A stretch of DNA of 64,000 nt from the human T2T-CHM13v2.0 reference genome, Homo sapiens. Positions 13,633 to 26,390 of this stretch are shown piece after piece (the first letter of the stretch is position 1; each line of letters starts with the position of its first letter). The notes below the pieces were generated by a model. That model had not been told where the DNA came from, searched no databases, and saw nothing but the letters and a program-made list of their open reading frames with translations. The position numbers and the translations under genes are program-made. The DNA lies in the NCBI RefSeq assembly GCF_009914755.1, contig NC_060931.1; one strand, given 5' to 3'.

Positions 13633-13675
<43 letters not shown>

Positions 13676-13912
13676 CTTTAAGTTCTAGGGTACATGTGCA
13701 CAACGTCCAGGTTTGTTACATATGTATACATGTGCCATGTTAGTGTGCTGTACCCATTAACTTGTCATTTACATTAGGTGTATCTCCCAATGCTATCCCT
13801 CCCTCCTTCTCCCACCCCATGACAGGCCCGGTTTGTGATGTTCCCCACCCTATGTCCAAGTGTTCTCATTGTTCAATTCCCACCTGTGAGTGAGAACATG
13901 TGGTGTTTGGTT
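13596..13912 (-). mobile_element. Primate L1PA 3' end (about L1PA4-6), 5' truncated; tail has become an (ATT)n microsatellite
   Basis: TATACTTTAAGTTCTAGGGTACATGTGCACAACGT...TGTTCTCATTGTTCAATTCCCACCTGTGAGTGAGAACATGTGGTGTTTGGTT. Confidence 0.95.
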
Positions 13913-14829
13913 GAATCAGCAAAGAATGAAACATTATTTTTGCCTTTAGAATCTCACAGAGGCATACATTTAAACAAATACATACAATGTAATGTCTTAA
14001 GTGCTGATGTGGTTCTCAGAAACCCACTCAGGTTGTTCATAAGAAACAGACAGAATTTCTCAAGAATGAGTATGTGTTTGTATGTGCATGGGTTCACTGA
14101 GACTGGGAAATTGGAAAAGTCGAGTGAACCCAGAAGGATAAAGTAGGCAAAGAACTGTGAAAGTCCAAAAGCTAAGCGTGAAGTTTCACACCTCTAAATA
14201 GCTGAGTACCATATGTGTTAAAGGAGTAGAAAATATGCGAACAAACATTTTAGATGACCATGGATGTACCTGGTCTCAGTAAACACGCTTCTTGAAGTGG
14301 TACTTTATATATAGTTTCTTCAACTATCCAACTATTTACATATTCTCTGAGTTGTTGTAATTTGGCATCTACTCCTATTATTCTACTAAAACCATTCTCT
14401 TGTAGGTCAGCCATAACTTGCGCAACCCTATTATCAATAAACATTTCAAAATATTTTGTCATATTGTGAAATATTCTTTTCTTTCGTCTTTTGTGATTTT
14501 GCATCTTTCAAGACCTTTTTTATTTCTCTGACATATTCTTGTTCTGTCTTGTTGAATATTCTCCTTTATCTTTCCTCACCTCCACAATGACTCCTGAACA
14601 CTGTAAGTGTTCAATATTTTTTTTTACTTCTATTTTTACTTATGTGAGGCTGGGTAGCTAGTGTCTTTCAAGTAGTTTGTCTGTTTCATCTAAGTTGCCA
14701 AATAATTGGCATGAAGTTGTATGTAATCCTTTATTATTATACTGATAATATATTTAGGATATATTATAACTCCTCTGTCATTTGTCACATTGATCCTATT
14801 TATTTTCTCTCCTTCTTTTCCTGGATAGA

Positions 14830-15075
14830 AATTTGGCTAGAACTTCCCTCAACTAATGAGGGAAGGGATTGGTGTATAAATATCCTTCCTTCTCCATTCT
14901 CAAGGACAATTTTGAAGTGTTTCTGTGTAGTATTCAGTTTCCTCACACACTTGAATCCAGTTGCTCAATCCTCTTAATTAACATTAAATTGGCCTTTCTT
15001 CTCTGTTCTTACTTTCTCTACTACTTCATTGGTGCTTATATCATGATTGGCTTCTGTGAAACCCAAACTAAGACA
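14830..15075 (+). mobile_element. ERVL LTR16 (LTR16C-like) 3' part
   Basis: CCCTCAACTAATGA...TTGGTGTATAAATA, CCAGTTGCTCA and terminal AACCCAAACTAAGACA. Confidence 0.75.
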
Positions 15076-15786
15076 GAACTTCAAAACCAGTATCAAGTGA
15101 ATGGCACTCAGGTTTAAATATTATTAAGTAAAAATGAAAAAAAAAATCCCCAAATATCAAAATTAGCAAAACAATGCTACACAATCTTTACTATGTTTTA
15201 TACAGAAGGGTCCAAGAATGACATAGTCATTTCCCCTAATAATTAACCTTTGGTCCTATTGAAATATGACATATTAGGCAGAAATAATAATCGGATTATT
15301 TTAGTCTCACAAACTAGGATTCTGTTATGTACTAACATGTGAAAAGTTAGTGATTTTTGCTTTAAAAAATACTTCATACCACCATGGTGATTGTCTCTTA
15401 GTTATATATTTTCTATGGAAATTTGTGGTATATAGAATTTAATTATTATATAATTTACATTTTTCTAAATATTGGCTTCTTTATTTTACTTCTGAGGACA
15501 CTGGCTCATGGAAGTTTTGTACCTTATTCACATTTATTTGTATTCTATCCATAAATGACATACAACATTAAGAATACAGCTGAGTTGAGACTCATAAGTT
15601 CTAATTTCCAAGTCAAATTCTCCCTATATCATTGCACAGTATTTCTCTTCTACTGGTGAGAGTAATTTAAGATTTTGTCTCATTCAAAGAATAAGTCCAC
15701 ATATAGTCTACTCTGAGACCATGAGAATTGATACTTTGGTTACATGTTTCGAACATAGTGGTGGAAGCTTAAGAATGTGTATTTGA

Positions 15787-16126
<340 letters not shown>

Positions 16127-17014
16127 CTACATTAGTAAAACATGGTCACTTGGTTCATCTAAGTCTGCTTCTTCAGTTTTATTTTTCCTTTCAATCAAGA
16201 AAAGGTAAATTTCAGAATTCAAAACACATCATGATTAATTAAATGGGTAAGAATAGGGCAAAGTGAATAAAATAATTGAGTAGCAAGGTGAGAAGAATTT
16301 ATTTGTAGAAAACATTACCAAGAAACTATGTTGTGTTTGTTTGGGGAAACAGATATAAAGCTAATTGGAAAATAACCAACTAGAAATCTTCATTTTTCTT
16401 TTGACTGTAATGCATAACACTGGTTCCCTCGGGCTATGGGCTTCTACAGATTTCCACATTTTTATTAAGATGTTAGGAGAAAAAGACTTAATTAAGCTGA
16501 ATATTTACAGATGACTATAGTTTACTATTTAAAAATACTTATCAAAATTTATTTAAATATTTGCTTATAACTTATAGGAATTTATCTTCTGTTTAATTCT
16601 GGATTTGTTTTATACTCTATTTTTGAGGGAGACAATGTGGACTTTATTTTAGGGAGGACAATGTTGATTTTAAATTTAGGTCCAAAATGTTTTTGACAAC
16701 TTGTATGAATTATTTATATGTTTGAAGTGAGATGGGCCAATTTTCCAATGATAGTCTCAAGAGGAAACAGAACATAGTTCTAGAACACAGTGAGCTGTTC
16801 CAGGTTACCAGTGGCCTGATCTATTTACAGCAGAAACTCTTAGCTTTTCTTTCCTCAGAATGCATTCAAAACCAAAGCAGCTTGAAAGAACAAATTCATC
16901 TCCATAAACCGTGGTTTATAAGTAGGCTAAAATCACCCAGTCGGATGTTGTATTCTTTAAGCAGAGAAGCCAAGAATATGACCACGTAAATTTGCTACTC
17001 TTGAAGATTACAAC

Positions 17015-17107
17015 AACACACCAAAAGGAAAGGACAGAGTTGGGGTCTGCTCCTTTACTCACCGTTCCGATGAATGTACCTTGGGATCCTGGCTGAGATT
17101 CCCAATA
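17015..17107 (-). mobile_element. ERV1 (HUERS-P3-type) leader: degenerate tRNA-Pro primer-binding site and splice donor
   Basis: Minus strand just after the LTR end reads TAT-TGGGAATCTCAGCCAGGAT (17104-17086; PBS-Pro is TGGGGGCTCGTCCGGGAT), then ACG|GTGAGT (17065-17057). Confidence 0.7.
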
Positions 17108-17747
17108 TGAAGCGGGGTAGTTGTCTGGGGTAAATACCCCGGGTTTGTAGTCTCTCGCTAAGAAAATTAAGGACATAGACACCCAAGAGGACTGAGTTTA
17201 GGCGTGGAGGTTTAATAGGAAGAAGAAAGAGAAAGGAGAACAGCTCTCTCCCTGTGTGAGAGAGAGGGGCTCCCAAAAGGAAAAATCCAGCCTGCAGCAG
17301 ACAGCACCAGATTTTATAGGCAGGCTTAAGGAGACAGTGTGTGGTTAACATAGGGCCCACAAATTGGTTCGACCAAGTGTGACATTTACATAGCGTGAAG
17401 GGATGGGTGGTCGCCCCACCCTAATCTTATTATGCAAATTGGGTCTTTGCCCGGCCTGCACCGTATTGTCTTCTCCTTACTGTACACATGGTTTGGCAAA
17501 GAGAAGAGAAGACGGAGCTGCGATTTTGAACATGCCTAATCGCAGGTAGCCTTTTCCTATTGGCACAACTGCCGGCATTCATGTGTGAAAGCTTCCAGCT
17601 TGCTAGTCTATGTCTGCAGCTTGATTTCATAGGCTGCTGTTTGTTAGAAAATAAAATGATTTTGGGGTTGTTTTTCACTAAAAGGAAAACCTTACCGAGG
17701 ACTCCCCTACCCTCACTATCAGCCTAAATGATTTCTCCTTAACTCAT
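17108..17747 (-). mobile_element. ERV1 LTR9 family LTR (LTR9B-like)
   Basis: Minus strand: TTTAGGCTGATAGTGAGGGTAGGGGAGTCCTCGGTAAGGTTTTCC, GCTGCAGACATAGA, GAATGCCGGCAGTTGTGCCAATAGGAAAAGGCTACC, ATTTGCATAATAAGATTAGGGTGGGGCGACC; ends GCTTCA. Confidence 0.9.
17312..17439 (-). promoter_or_regulatory. LTR core promoter/enhancer motifs: octamer, KLF/SP box, CCAAT, TATA
   Basis: ATGCAAAT 17432-17439, GCCCCACCC 17413-17421, CCAAT (minus) 17363-17367, TATAAAA (minus) 17312-17318; activity not shown. Confidence 0.55.
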
Positions 17748-17883
17748 AAAAAATTGTGGACCACAGTTTATTTATTCACTCATTGCAAATTTATTCATTT
17801 CTTTATTCAAAGTAGTATTCATTTATTTATTCATTTAGTCATTCATTTCATTATTCATTTCTTGATTCACAGTAGTATTCATG

Positions 17884-18245
17884 ATGGAATATTACTCCAT
17901 GATAAAAAAAAGAATGAATTAATGGTATTTGCAGCAACCTGGATGGAACTGGAGGCTATTATTCTAAATGAAGTAACTCAGGAATGGAAAACCAAATATT
18001 GCGTGCTCTAACTTGTAAGTGGGAGCTAAGCTATGAGGAGGCAGAGGTGTAAGAATGATACAGTGGATTCTCAGAACTCAGGGGGAAACTGTGGGAAAAG
18101 TGTGAGGGATAAAAAACTACAGATTCGGTTCAGTGTATACTGACTGCTTGGGTGGTGAGCGCACCAAAATCTCACAAATCACCACTAAAGAACTTACTCA
18201 TGTAACCAAATACCACCTGTTCCCCCAAAACCTATGGAAATAATT
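17884..18245 (+). mobile_element. L1PB1-like 3' end
   Basis: GAAGTAACTCAGGAATGGAAAACCAAA, GTGGGAGCTAAGCTATGAGGA, CACCAAAATCTCACAAATCACCACTAAAGAACTTACTCATGTAACCAAATACCACCTGTTCCCC. Confidence 0.9.
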
Positions 18246-20039
18246 TTTTTTAATTGAGCGTCTAATACATGCTCCTTTTGTTATTTTCTATATCTATAAA
18301 GATAGAAAGTAAGAAAAGACATGGGTAAGGAGATAACTTATGGAAATAAATAATTGCAATGAAATGTGAATTTCCTCACAAAAGAATAGAAAAGTAGAAA
18401 TAATTTCTCTAGATCGAAATGTGTTTACGGAATATTTTAACCATATTCAATTTATAGGCCTGTTTGTTTCTTATTCAAATAATAAATCATAAAAAGACAA
18501 GATAAATTATAGTATCAATTTGGCATCTGATAATTCCAAGGAATTGTTATTAATATTTCTAGGTAGAATAATGCTATTATGACTATGTAAAAAATTCCAT
18601 ATAATTTTCAGATTTATAGTATGTGCTTTAAAATCAGAGAGAACAAATTTTATGGATGAAGGAAAAATGGTAATATATTGATAATTATGAAATCGGCTAG
18701 AGGTGTTAGTGGATATGTGAGAGTTTATGAAACCATGCTATTTTTGTGTATATTAACATTTTAATAAAATTTCTCAAAGTAGAATGCATGAAATAACTTA
18801 GTATGCTCATAGTCACTTTAGTAATAATGGAAGAATGGGATAATGAGTGAATTGAAATAATTGATATGATTTTGTTAGTAACTTTCTAGGTTGTCTGAAA
18901 TCTTTTTTGACCTGGAAAAGAGTGCCTTTACTTTTGCTCAGTGTTTATTATCAGCTGAGAGCTGAATTCATGCTCATCGGTGGTATGACAATATATTAAG
19001 TTCTCTGGAGAGTTAACCAAGAAAAAAAACTGATTTGACAGGGATGTCTAAAGGTAGGCAACTTTGCAGAATGAAAGATAGCAGAATCAACAAGTGAATG
19101 CTCCAAGTAGAGATGGTTTTCAGTGTGAACGGTGCTTTTTGAAAAGCTCAAGTATGAAGATGACGGTGTAATATTTTTACGGCCCTGTTTGTCATCTAAT
19201 TCCTAGAAGACCTTGCTCATGTTTGGGCCTGTGTGTGTGGATATTTTTAACCACGTGGAAGCATCATTCCCTGAAGAAGGTATAACCTAGATTGTTTTAA
19301 ATTGTTTCCTACAGTGTTTATATTGGCTTAAGAGGTAGGAAATATTCTGTGAAATGACCTGAAGGTTTTTGGCCCTAGATTTAGAAGAGGTGGTGGGAGT
19401 CAGATGGTAAAGAAAAAGTTATCAATGCTGAATTGATGAGTGTGTTTCCCAAACAGTTGGAAAGGTAGCGTAGGAACTCTTATTTCTTCTTCTATGCATA
19501 TCGTTTATAATAAAGTGACTGAAATGTGAACAAAGAGGTTTCCTAAAGTAAATTATGTCTATGTTCATCAATAATATATATCCTTAAGCTATAACTTTTG
19601 TGAGAAAATAGTTTAGAATTGGTTTTGGCCTTGTCCCCTGAAGCTATGTATCTAAACTATTTCTCAATAAAGGACTCGTGAAATCAGAAACACCCTAATA
19701 GTTTGGATTTTGAGCAGTAAATTCTTCATTTTCAAAGGCGACATGGCTTCTTAGAGGTAGAGTAGTGACAAGGCAGGAAAACTGGAGTGTAATTGGCTGT
19801 AACTGGCACCCATATGAGCTGTTAAATTTTTCTTTACAGCCAAATGCGGTACTTAAAATTATGAGAAATACTGTCCTTAAACTGAAAACACAGAAGTTTT
19901 AAAAAATCATTTATTATTCTTAAAAATTAAAGTTACATTAATAGGAGTAAACACTATGTATCTACACACACACGTAACTTTCCCTATTGCAACTAACATT
20001 GACTATATAATGTGTGATATTTATTAAATTTTAAAAATG

Positions 20040-20357
20040 TTGTATTTTTTATAACATAGATCAGCTGTGCCTATTTTGAATGTCATATAGAGTAAAAGAC
20101 AATGCGCTCTTTTGTGTTTAGCTAATTTCGTTTAGCATAATGCTTGAAGCCTTTGTCCATGTTGCTGCATGTATTAATTATTAATTCTTTCTTAGTACTG
20201 AGTACAATTTTATTATATAAATATACCTAAAATTAATACCCATTTCTTATTGAAAAACCTTGAATTTTTTTTCTAACTTTTACCTGCTAAGAATGAAGCT
20301 CCTATCAATATTGCTATACAGTTGTTTTGTAAAAATAGGTTTTCATTTATCTTGGGT

Positions 20358-20360
<3 letters not shown>
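20040..20360 (-). mobile_element. Old L1M fragment (ORF2 end/3' UTR)
   Basis: TTTAGCATAATGC, TCCATGTTGCTGCATGTAT, TTTTCATTTATCTTGGGTAAAT. Confidence 0.7.
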
Positions 20361-20391
<31 letters not shown>

Positions 20392-21109
20392 CTTCTGGTT
20401 ACTCACATGCAGAGTAAATTCTTAGGATTTGTACTGGGCATATTCATATATGTTTTGAGGATGAAATGGGTCTTCAAGGGGCAACATTCATAAAAATGTA
20501 TGGATAACAGCAAATGGTTATCACAATGTTTTCAGACATGTCATAGAGACTGGCTTAGTCTGCATGTATAAATTCAGCAAAGTTGACATCTAGATTCATC
20601 TGATAATCACTCAAACAACATATCTTGACTTGCTGTGAATCATCAGCATGCTTTTAAACTTTTAGACACTTAAGCTGGGCCCAGTAGAAATGCAGGCTAT
20701 TAAGGTTGTTGCAAAAAAGCCTTTGAAGTGGGTTTTATTAAACCACAAGTGAACGAAATAATGTCAAACTGAAAATGTTCTTTGATTAGATGATTCAGTG
20801 TTGTACGTTTAGCCAGATTGTTGTAAAACTATTCTCTTACTCCATTTGAATAGAGCCAACTGGACATGATCAGGATATTCTCAAGGGACAGATTTTTATT
20901 TTTAATTTTTGGTATTGTGGGCTTCACACAGAGTAAATACATTCAGCAAAATTATTTTAGATATGAGATTGAAAACATACGTTTCTATTTATAGACTGAA
21001 GAACATATATGTAACCTGTATTCCCATTCCACTGAAACAAAAATATATACCAATGTATTTTATGATAAAATCTCATAACATGTTCACCTCTTTTTAATAA
21101 TCTTTTAAG

Positions 21110-21280
21110 ATAGGTGTGGTGGCTCATGCCTGTAATCCCAGCACTTTGGGAGGCTGAGGCTAGAGGACTGCTTCAGTCCAGGAGTTTGAGACCAGCCTGG
21201 GCAACATGGTGAAATCCCATCTCTATGAAAAAAAAAAGTATATTTTTTATTTTCTAAAAAATGAAAAAAGTAAATAAAAG
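21110..21280 (+). mobile_element. FLAM_C / free left Alu monomer with TSD
   Basis: Single Alu arm with J-type GACCAGCCTGGGCAACATGG, A-rich tail; AATCTTTTAAG repeated at 21099-21109 and 21281-21291. Confidence 0.9.
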
Positions 21281-21634
21281 AATCTTTTAAGCCTAGAGGT
21301 GAAGAATGGGCAGACTTTCCACAATTGTAGATTTAATTAGATATTTTCATTCCTCATTCCTCTAACACCCACTCTAATCCCTTATATCCTTCATAATGGT
21401 CAGCCTATGATATGAAGAGTATTAAATACTTTTTGAAGCAATTGTTGATGACATTCATTGCAAATAATAAATTCATGAGCCCTTTTCAATTCTCTTTTCC
21501 TTTCACAATTTTCCTTTTTAATCTCTTAATTATTCCCTTCCTATTTTAATTGTTGGTAACTTACTTGTGCTAGTGATAGTTGTACTAAAAAATAAATGAG
21601 TTGTACTCATTTATTTTAAAACTGAGGCATTATG

Positions 21635-21875
21635 GCGCCAGTATAAGATAGTAGTGAGGGTCTCAAGATCTAGAGTATGACTGCTGGTTTTCATCCTGTC
21701 TGTTTTGAGGTCATGAAATCTCTCTATGCTTCAGTGTTCCTCTCCAATCTATTATCAATAGCACCTAATCTATAAATTTTCCTGAGGAAAGGTAAAATAA
21801 TATGTATAAAAATCTTGCACCATTTTTAGCATATAAGAATCACTCAGTATATACCAGCTGTAATGCTATTATTAC
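21635..21875 (+). mobile_element. MIR SINE
   Basis: CTCTCTATGCTTCAGTGTTCCTC, AATAGCACCTA, TAAAATAATATGTATAAAAATCTTGCAC, CACTCAGTA. Confidence 0.65.
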
Positions 21876-22614
21876 TGCTTGCTGAGAAAAACTAGATTCA
21901 GAATATTAGGACTACTTTAGGTACTTGAGTTATTTCACTACTGTTTTAAAGATACCTGGGGTAAGAAGTAAAAAAAGTCAGGTACATTCTAACAGCATGT
22001 CTCAGATGCCTGAAAAGATAAAGTATTTTTCCCTACATTTACAAAGTCTCTTTCACTGACCAGTGTCTGGGATTTCAGGACTCTATGTCCAGCCCTTCAA
22101 ATAGGTACAATAACATTGACAACCTCTGACTGTGAGTAGTGTTAGTTGGTCCCTCCCTCCAAGAGTTGCCCTCTTGTGGGAGGATTTTTGAGGAGAGGCA
22201 TACACCAAAGGTTTAGCTCAATATTTACCATTATCTCAATTTCTACATCTTCTCATGTCTTATTGAGTTGGTAAGTGCACAGCTTGAAATTTTTGAAAGA
22301 AAGCACAATATAATGTAGGTATTTTATAAATACATTAGAGATTGGTGTAAAGTTGGAACACATTTGGTAACAGAGACAGGCAAATGTCTCATACCCAAGC
22401 AGCTAAGTAAAGCATGCAACATGGCAGTCAGTGTGAGAAGCTAGAACTAAGTCCTAGTGCTGGTGTTACTAGAAGCAATATGCCCACTCTCCTTTAGCGC
22501 AGCCTCAAGTTAAATTTTACAGTGTGCTTTCTCACAATAACAATGGACTTTATAATAAGTTGGTATAATTTCAAATCTTACTATAGTATTATATAATAAT
22601 GATGATAGTACTGA

Positions 22615-22860
22615 TAAAAATGGCATACACTAAATATATACCAAATATGCTGATACTGTGCTAGCTGATGCTGTGCCATGGGTTATGTAGGAACTATATT
22701 ATGAAATTCTCACAATGAATTTCTTTTCAATGCCAGGCATAATAATACCCACTTTCTCATGTGACAAAACGGGCAGAACGAAATTTAGAAGCTTGCCCAA
22801 AGAACATGTGGTAGGCAAATGCTAGAACTAAGCTCCAAACCTAGAAAGAATTACTTCATT
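22615..22860 (-). mobile_element. MIR SINE
   Basis: ATTCTCACAATGA, ATACCCACTTTCTCATGTGACAAAAC, GCTTGCCCAAAGAACA. Confidence 0.65.
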
Positions 22861-24199
22861 GAGCCAACACAGGATAAATATCTTTCGTGAATAATATATG
22901 ATATTTATGTTCTGAACCAATATAATAGATTGCATTGCTTAAATCAAATGAACATTATTAACTGGCCTGCAACTATCTACTCTCATAAACATTGCACACT
23001 CACATGCACATATACACAGAGGCAAACAGGAACACACACGCATGTGTGTATGTATGTATGTTTTAAGTGCACAATGCGTTTTAGATTACAGATAACACAT
23101 ATAATTTCTAAAGTGTAACTTCAAATGATTTCTACCTATACAATTCAGTAAATAGCACTTTTCATGTTCAAAATGGCAAATGCTGCACATGGATATGCAC
23201 CGTGTTTTTAGCTCCGGAAGCATTTTGGATTGGTTTCACATAGGCTTCTCTGACATTCTTCATTTTGCTACATTATCATTTCTTCCATTTTGGTCCTAGA
23301 AAAGCATTTAAAAGCTTAGAGGTCAATGTAACAAATCATCCAGTTGTTTATAGTACACATCAGTTGAGTTCCTAGATGTTTGAACAAAGACATTCTCTTA
23401 GATATGAAAATGTGAAAGAAAAAATCTCTCTTTTACTTTCTTTCACTGAGTTCACGAGTGTCAAGAGGTAAGGTATAAACACATGTACTTGTAATACGTT
23501 TAAACTGAAGTAAAAATTATCAGTTGATTCTGACTGCAAAGAAAATCACTTATTGCTCATGAACGTTTACATATTTGTGACTGAACTTTTTTTTTCCCCT
23601 AGAAATCTCTTAATCAAGTGATTCTTCCGTAAGTGTTTACATAGAGCTTGGGTTAATTCTCACAGGTCAAAAAAAATTGCAGATTGAAACATCACTATTA
23701 TTAATTCAAGACTACAAATTACTTCATTTTTCTTTCCAATTTATGCCTGCTGTGTATATAATTCTACCATCCTAGATTTGTTACAAATAGAAGATTTCAT
23801 TCAACCACTGGAGAAAATACTCAATTTGAAAAGACTAGTTCTTTTCGTAACTTTTTATACCTCAATAGTTCAATTGTATCATTTCCAGCAATGCCTGTGA
23901 GTTTGTCTGAAGCAATTTTTTTTCACAAATGGTGATGAAGGTGCATGATGGAAAGAGTTATAGAGCTCAGAAAATAATTCCCATGTTAACCTTTTTGTCT
24001 GTGTCTGTAAAAATAGTTTTTCATGCAATCTGTTTCCCCTATGGCTGGGCCAAATATTTGTGTACATTAAGTTCCAAACTGTGTTTTTAAGTCAAATAGG
24101 AGATATTTGAAAATTTTCCATAGAAATAATGGCAGATAGCATTATAGTTCCCCAGGTCATCACTGATAAAGATAAGATTGAGATTTGAGAGAAACAGAG

Positions 24200-26390
24200 T
24201 CAATTGAAAGGGAGAAAAAGCAAGATATTTCTATTTCTAGCAATGTAATCTTCTAGATAGTCTGGAAAATCCTTCCAATATAAAATACTAGATGGCAGAA
24301 AACCAATAACCATTTTTGTAAATACTTAGCTAACTTCCCCCCAAAACTAAGGAGAAATCCCAGTAACACACCCTCTCTTCCTGCAGAGAAAGGATAAAAA
24401 CCTAAATGCTAAGCAAACTCAGAAGCTAAATCTACCTAAGGATACTAAATGACATTTGAGAGCTGACATTCGTAATATGTAAGCACTATTTTACAAAGGC
24501 AGAGACTTTGACTGAACTGGGTCCTGAAAACCCCTGATGAATTATGAGCAGTACAATGTGAAAGTGCGAATGGCCAGCCAGGCCAGGAAGGCCAGAAGAC
24601 ACTCATGGAGCTCAGAAAAGCAGTCGTTAACAAACTTTTGTAGAAATATTTCAATACTTTCACCATAGTGTGGCAGAATATATTATCATGGTGAATATTA
24701 GTCATGCTGATATCAGGAAACTGGGGTCTGAACTTTTTAAAAATCTCACAAGAAAATGCAAGAAAAGGCCATTGGGCTGCTCAAGACAAGGAATTAGAAA
24801 TGAGAACCACATGCAAAGCCACGGACTATAAACTCAGATAAAGGATGAACTAGAAAAATCTGCCTGCCAATAATGGGAGTAATAAGAAAATAAAGTAATA
24901 AAATTAAAAGCAAAAATTATTGAAAGAGAAAGAAATACATAGGGAAATAAATAAGAAATTCAAAAGTTGGTTCATTGAAGAGCTGAGAAAATAGGAAGAC
25001 TAGTCAAAGAAAAAGAAAAACACCAATTACCAATATCAGGAATGAATAAAAGGGAACATGATCACTACCAACAGAAACTAAAACCTAGTAAGAAAATAAT
25101 ATGTACTACTTTATGGAAATTAATTTCATGATTTAGGCCGGCCATCAAAAATATGAGATACCTTGAAATACACCTAAAAAAGATATTTGCCAAATATTGG
25201 AATGGAAAGTTAAAATCTTTATTAATTGAAATTTTAAGCAGATCTAAATAATTCAAGAGAATTATAATGTTCTTGGAGAAGTAAATATGTATAGAGTCAA
25301 CATAATTTTACTCAAAATACCAGTGGGATTTACTTAGAGAAATAGAAAAGCTGATTTAAATTTATACAAAAAGGCAAAAAAAAAGTAGGAAACCTAAAAG
25401 TCGAATCAAGAAAGATGAAGGACTTGAATTATATGATTTTAAGAGTTATTATAAAGCACTAGAAATCAGAAAAAAAGATATTGACAGAGTTTGTACAGAT
25501 CAAAGGAGCAGCAATAGACCCACATGTATATATGGTCAATTGATTTTAGAGAAAGATGGAAAAGCAAAAGCAATTCAATGAAGAAAGATAGTTTCCTCAA
25601 CAAGTGATGCTATAATATTTGGGGATTGGGCATCACATACAAAAAAGAGAATGCTGATTCATTTCTTAAACTATACATAAAAATGAAATCAACATTTTTC
25701 AAATAATTGTTCATAGACATCAATATAAAATCTAAGACTAGAAAATTTCTGAACTAAAACATAGGAAAAAAATTGCTGTAACCTTGAGTTAGTTCATGAT
25801 GTTTTTGATATAAGACCAAAATATCATTCATGGAACAAAAAGTTGATAAATTGGACTTTCTGAAAATTGAAATTATTTTGTAACATAATAAAATTATTGT
25901 ATACATAAAACTCTATAAATTTAGTTACTAAAATAATTTCATATCTATACCATATAATATTTAAAAGTTTAAAAATTTTAATATTCATTATTTTCAGCAT
26001 GTTTTGAGGGACTGATATTATGTGTATACAATAATGCCCCAAATCCTTCATACTTCTTGAACAAGTCAGAAATTTAAGGTTTATATTTTAAACAAATGAT
26101 AGCCAAGGCCATAAAACACCATTGGCACCTTAATAAAACCTCAATTATTAGAAAACAGGTAATTAAAACATGGGCAAAAGACTTGAATAGACATTTTACC
26201 AAAAACAATATATTTATAGAAAATAAGCACATGAAAAAAAATCAACGTATTTAGTTACAAGGAAATGTAAATTAAATCCGGAATGGGACACCACTAAACA
26301 GCTATTAAAATGTCTCTAAGAAGCAAAACAACTTACTATGCCACATGCTGGCAACACTGTGGAACTGGAATTCTCATTACAGTTTTAAGA
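24200..26390 (+). mobile_element. Ancient L1M (L1ME/L1MC-like) fragments: 5' region and decayed ORF2 pieces
   Basis: A-rich ORF2 motifs: CAAAAGTTGGTTCATTGAA, AATTACCAATATCAGGAATGAA, TATATGGTCAATTGATTTT, TGGGCAAAAGACTTGAATAGACATTTTACCAAA. Confidence 0.8.
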
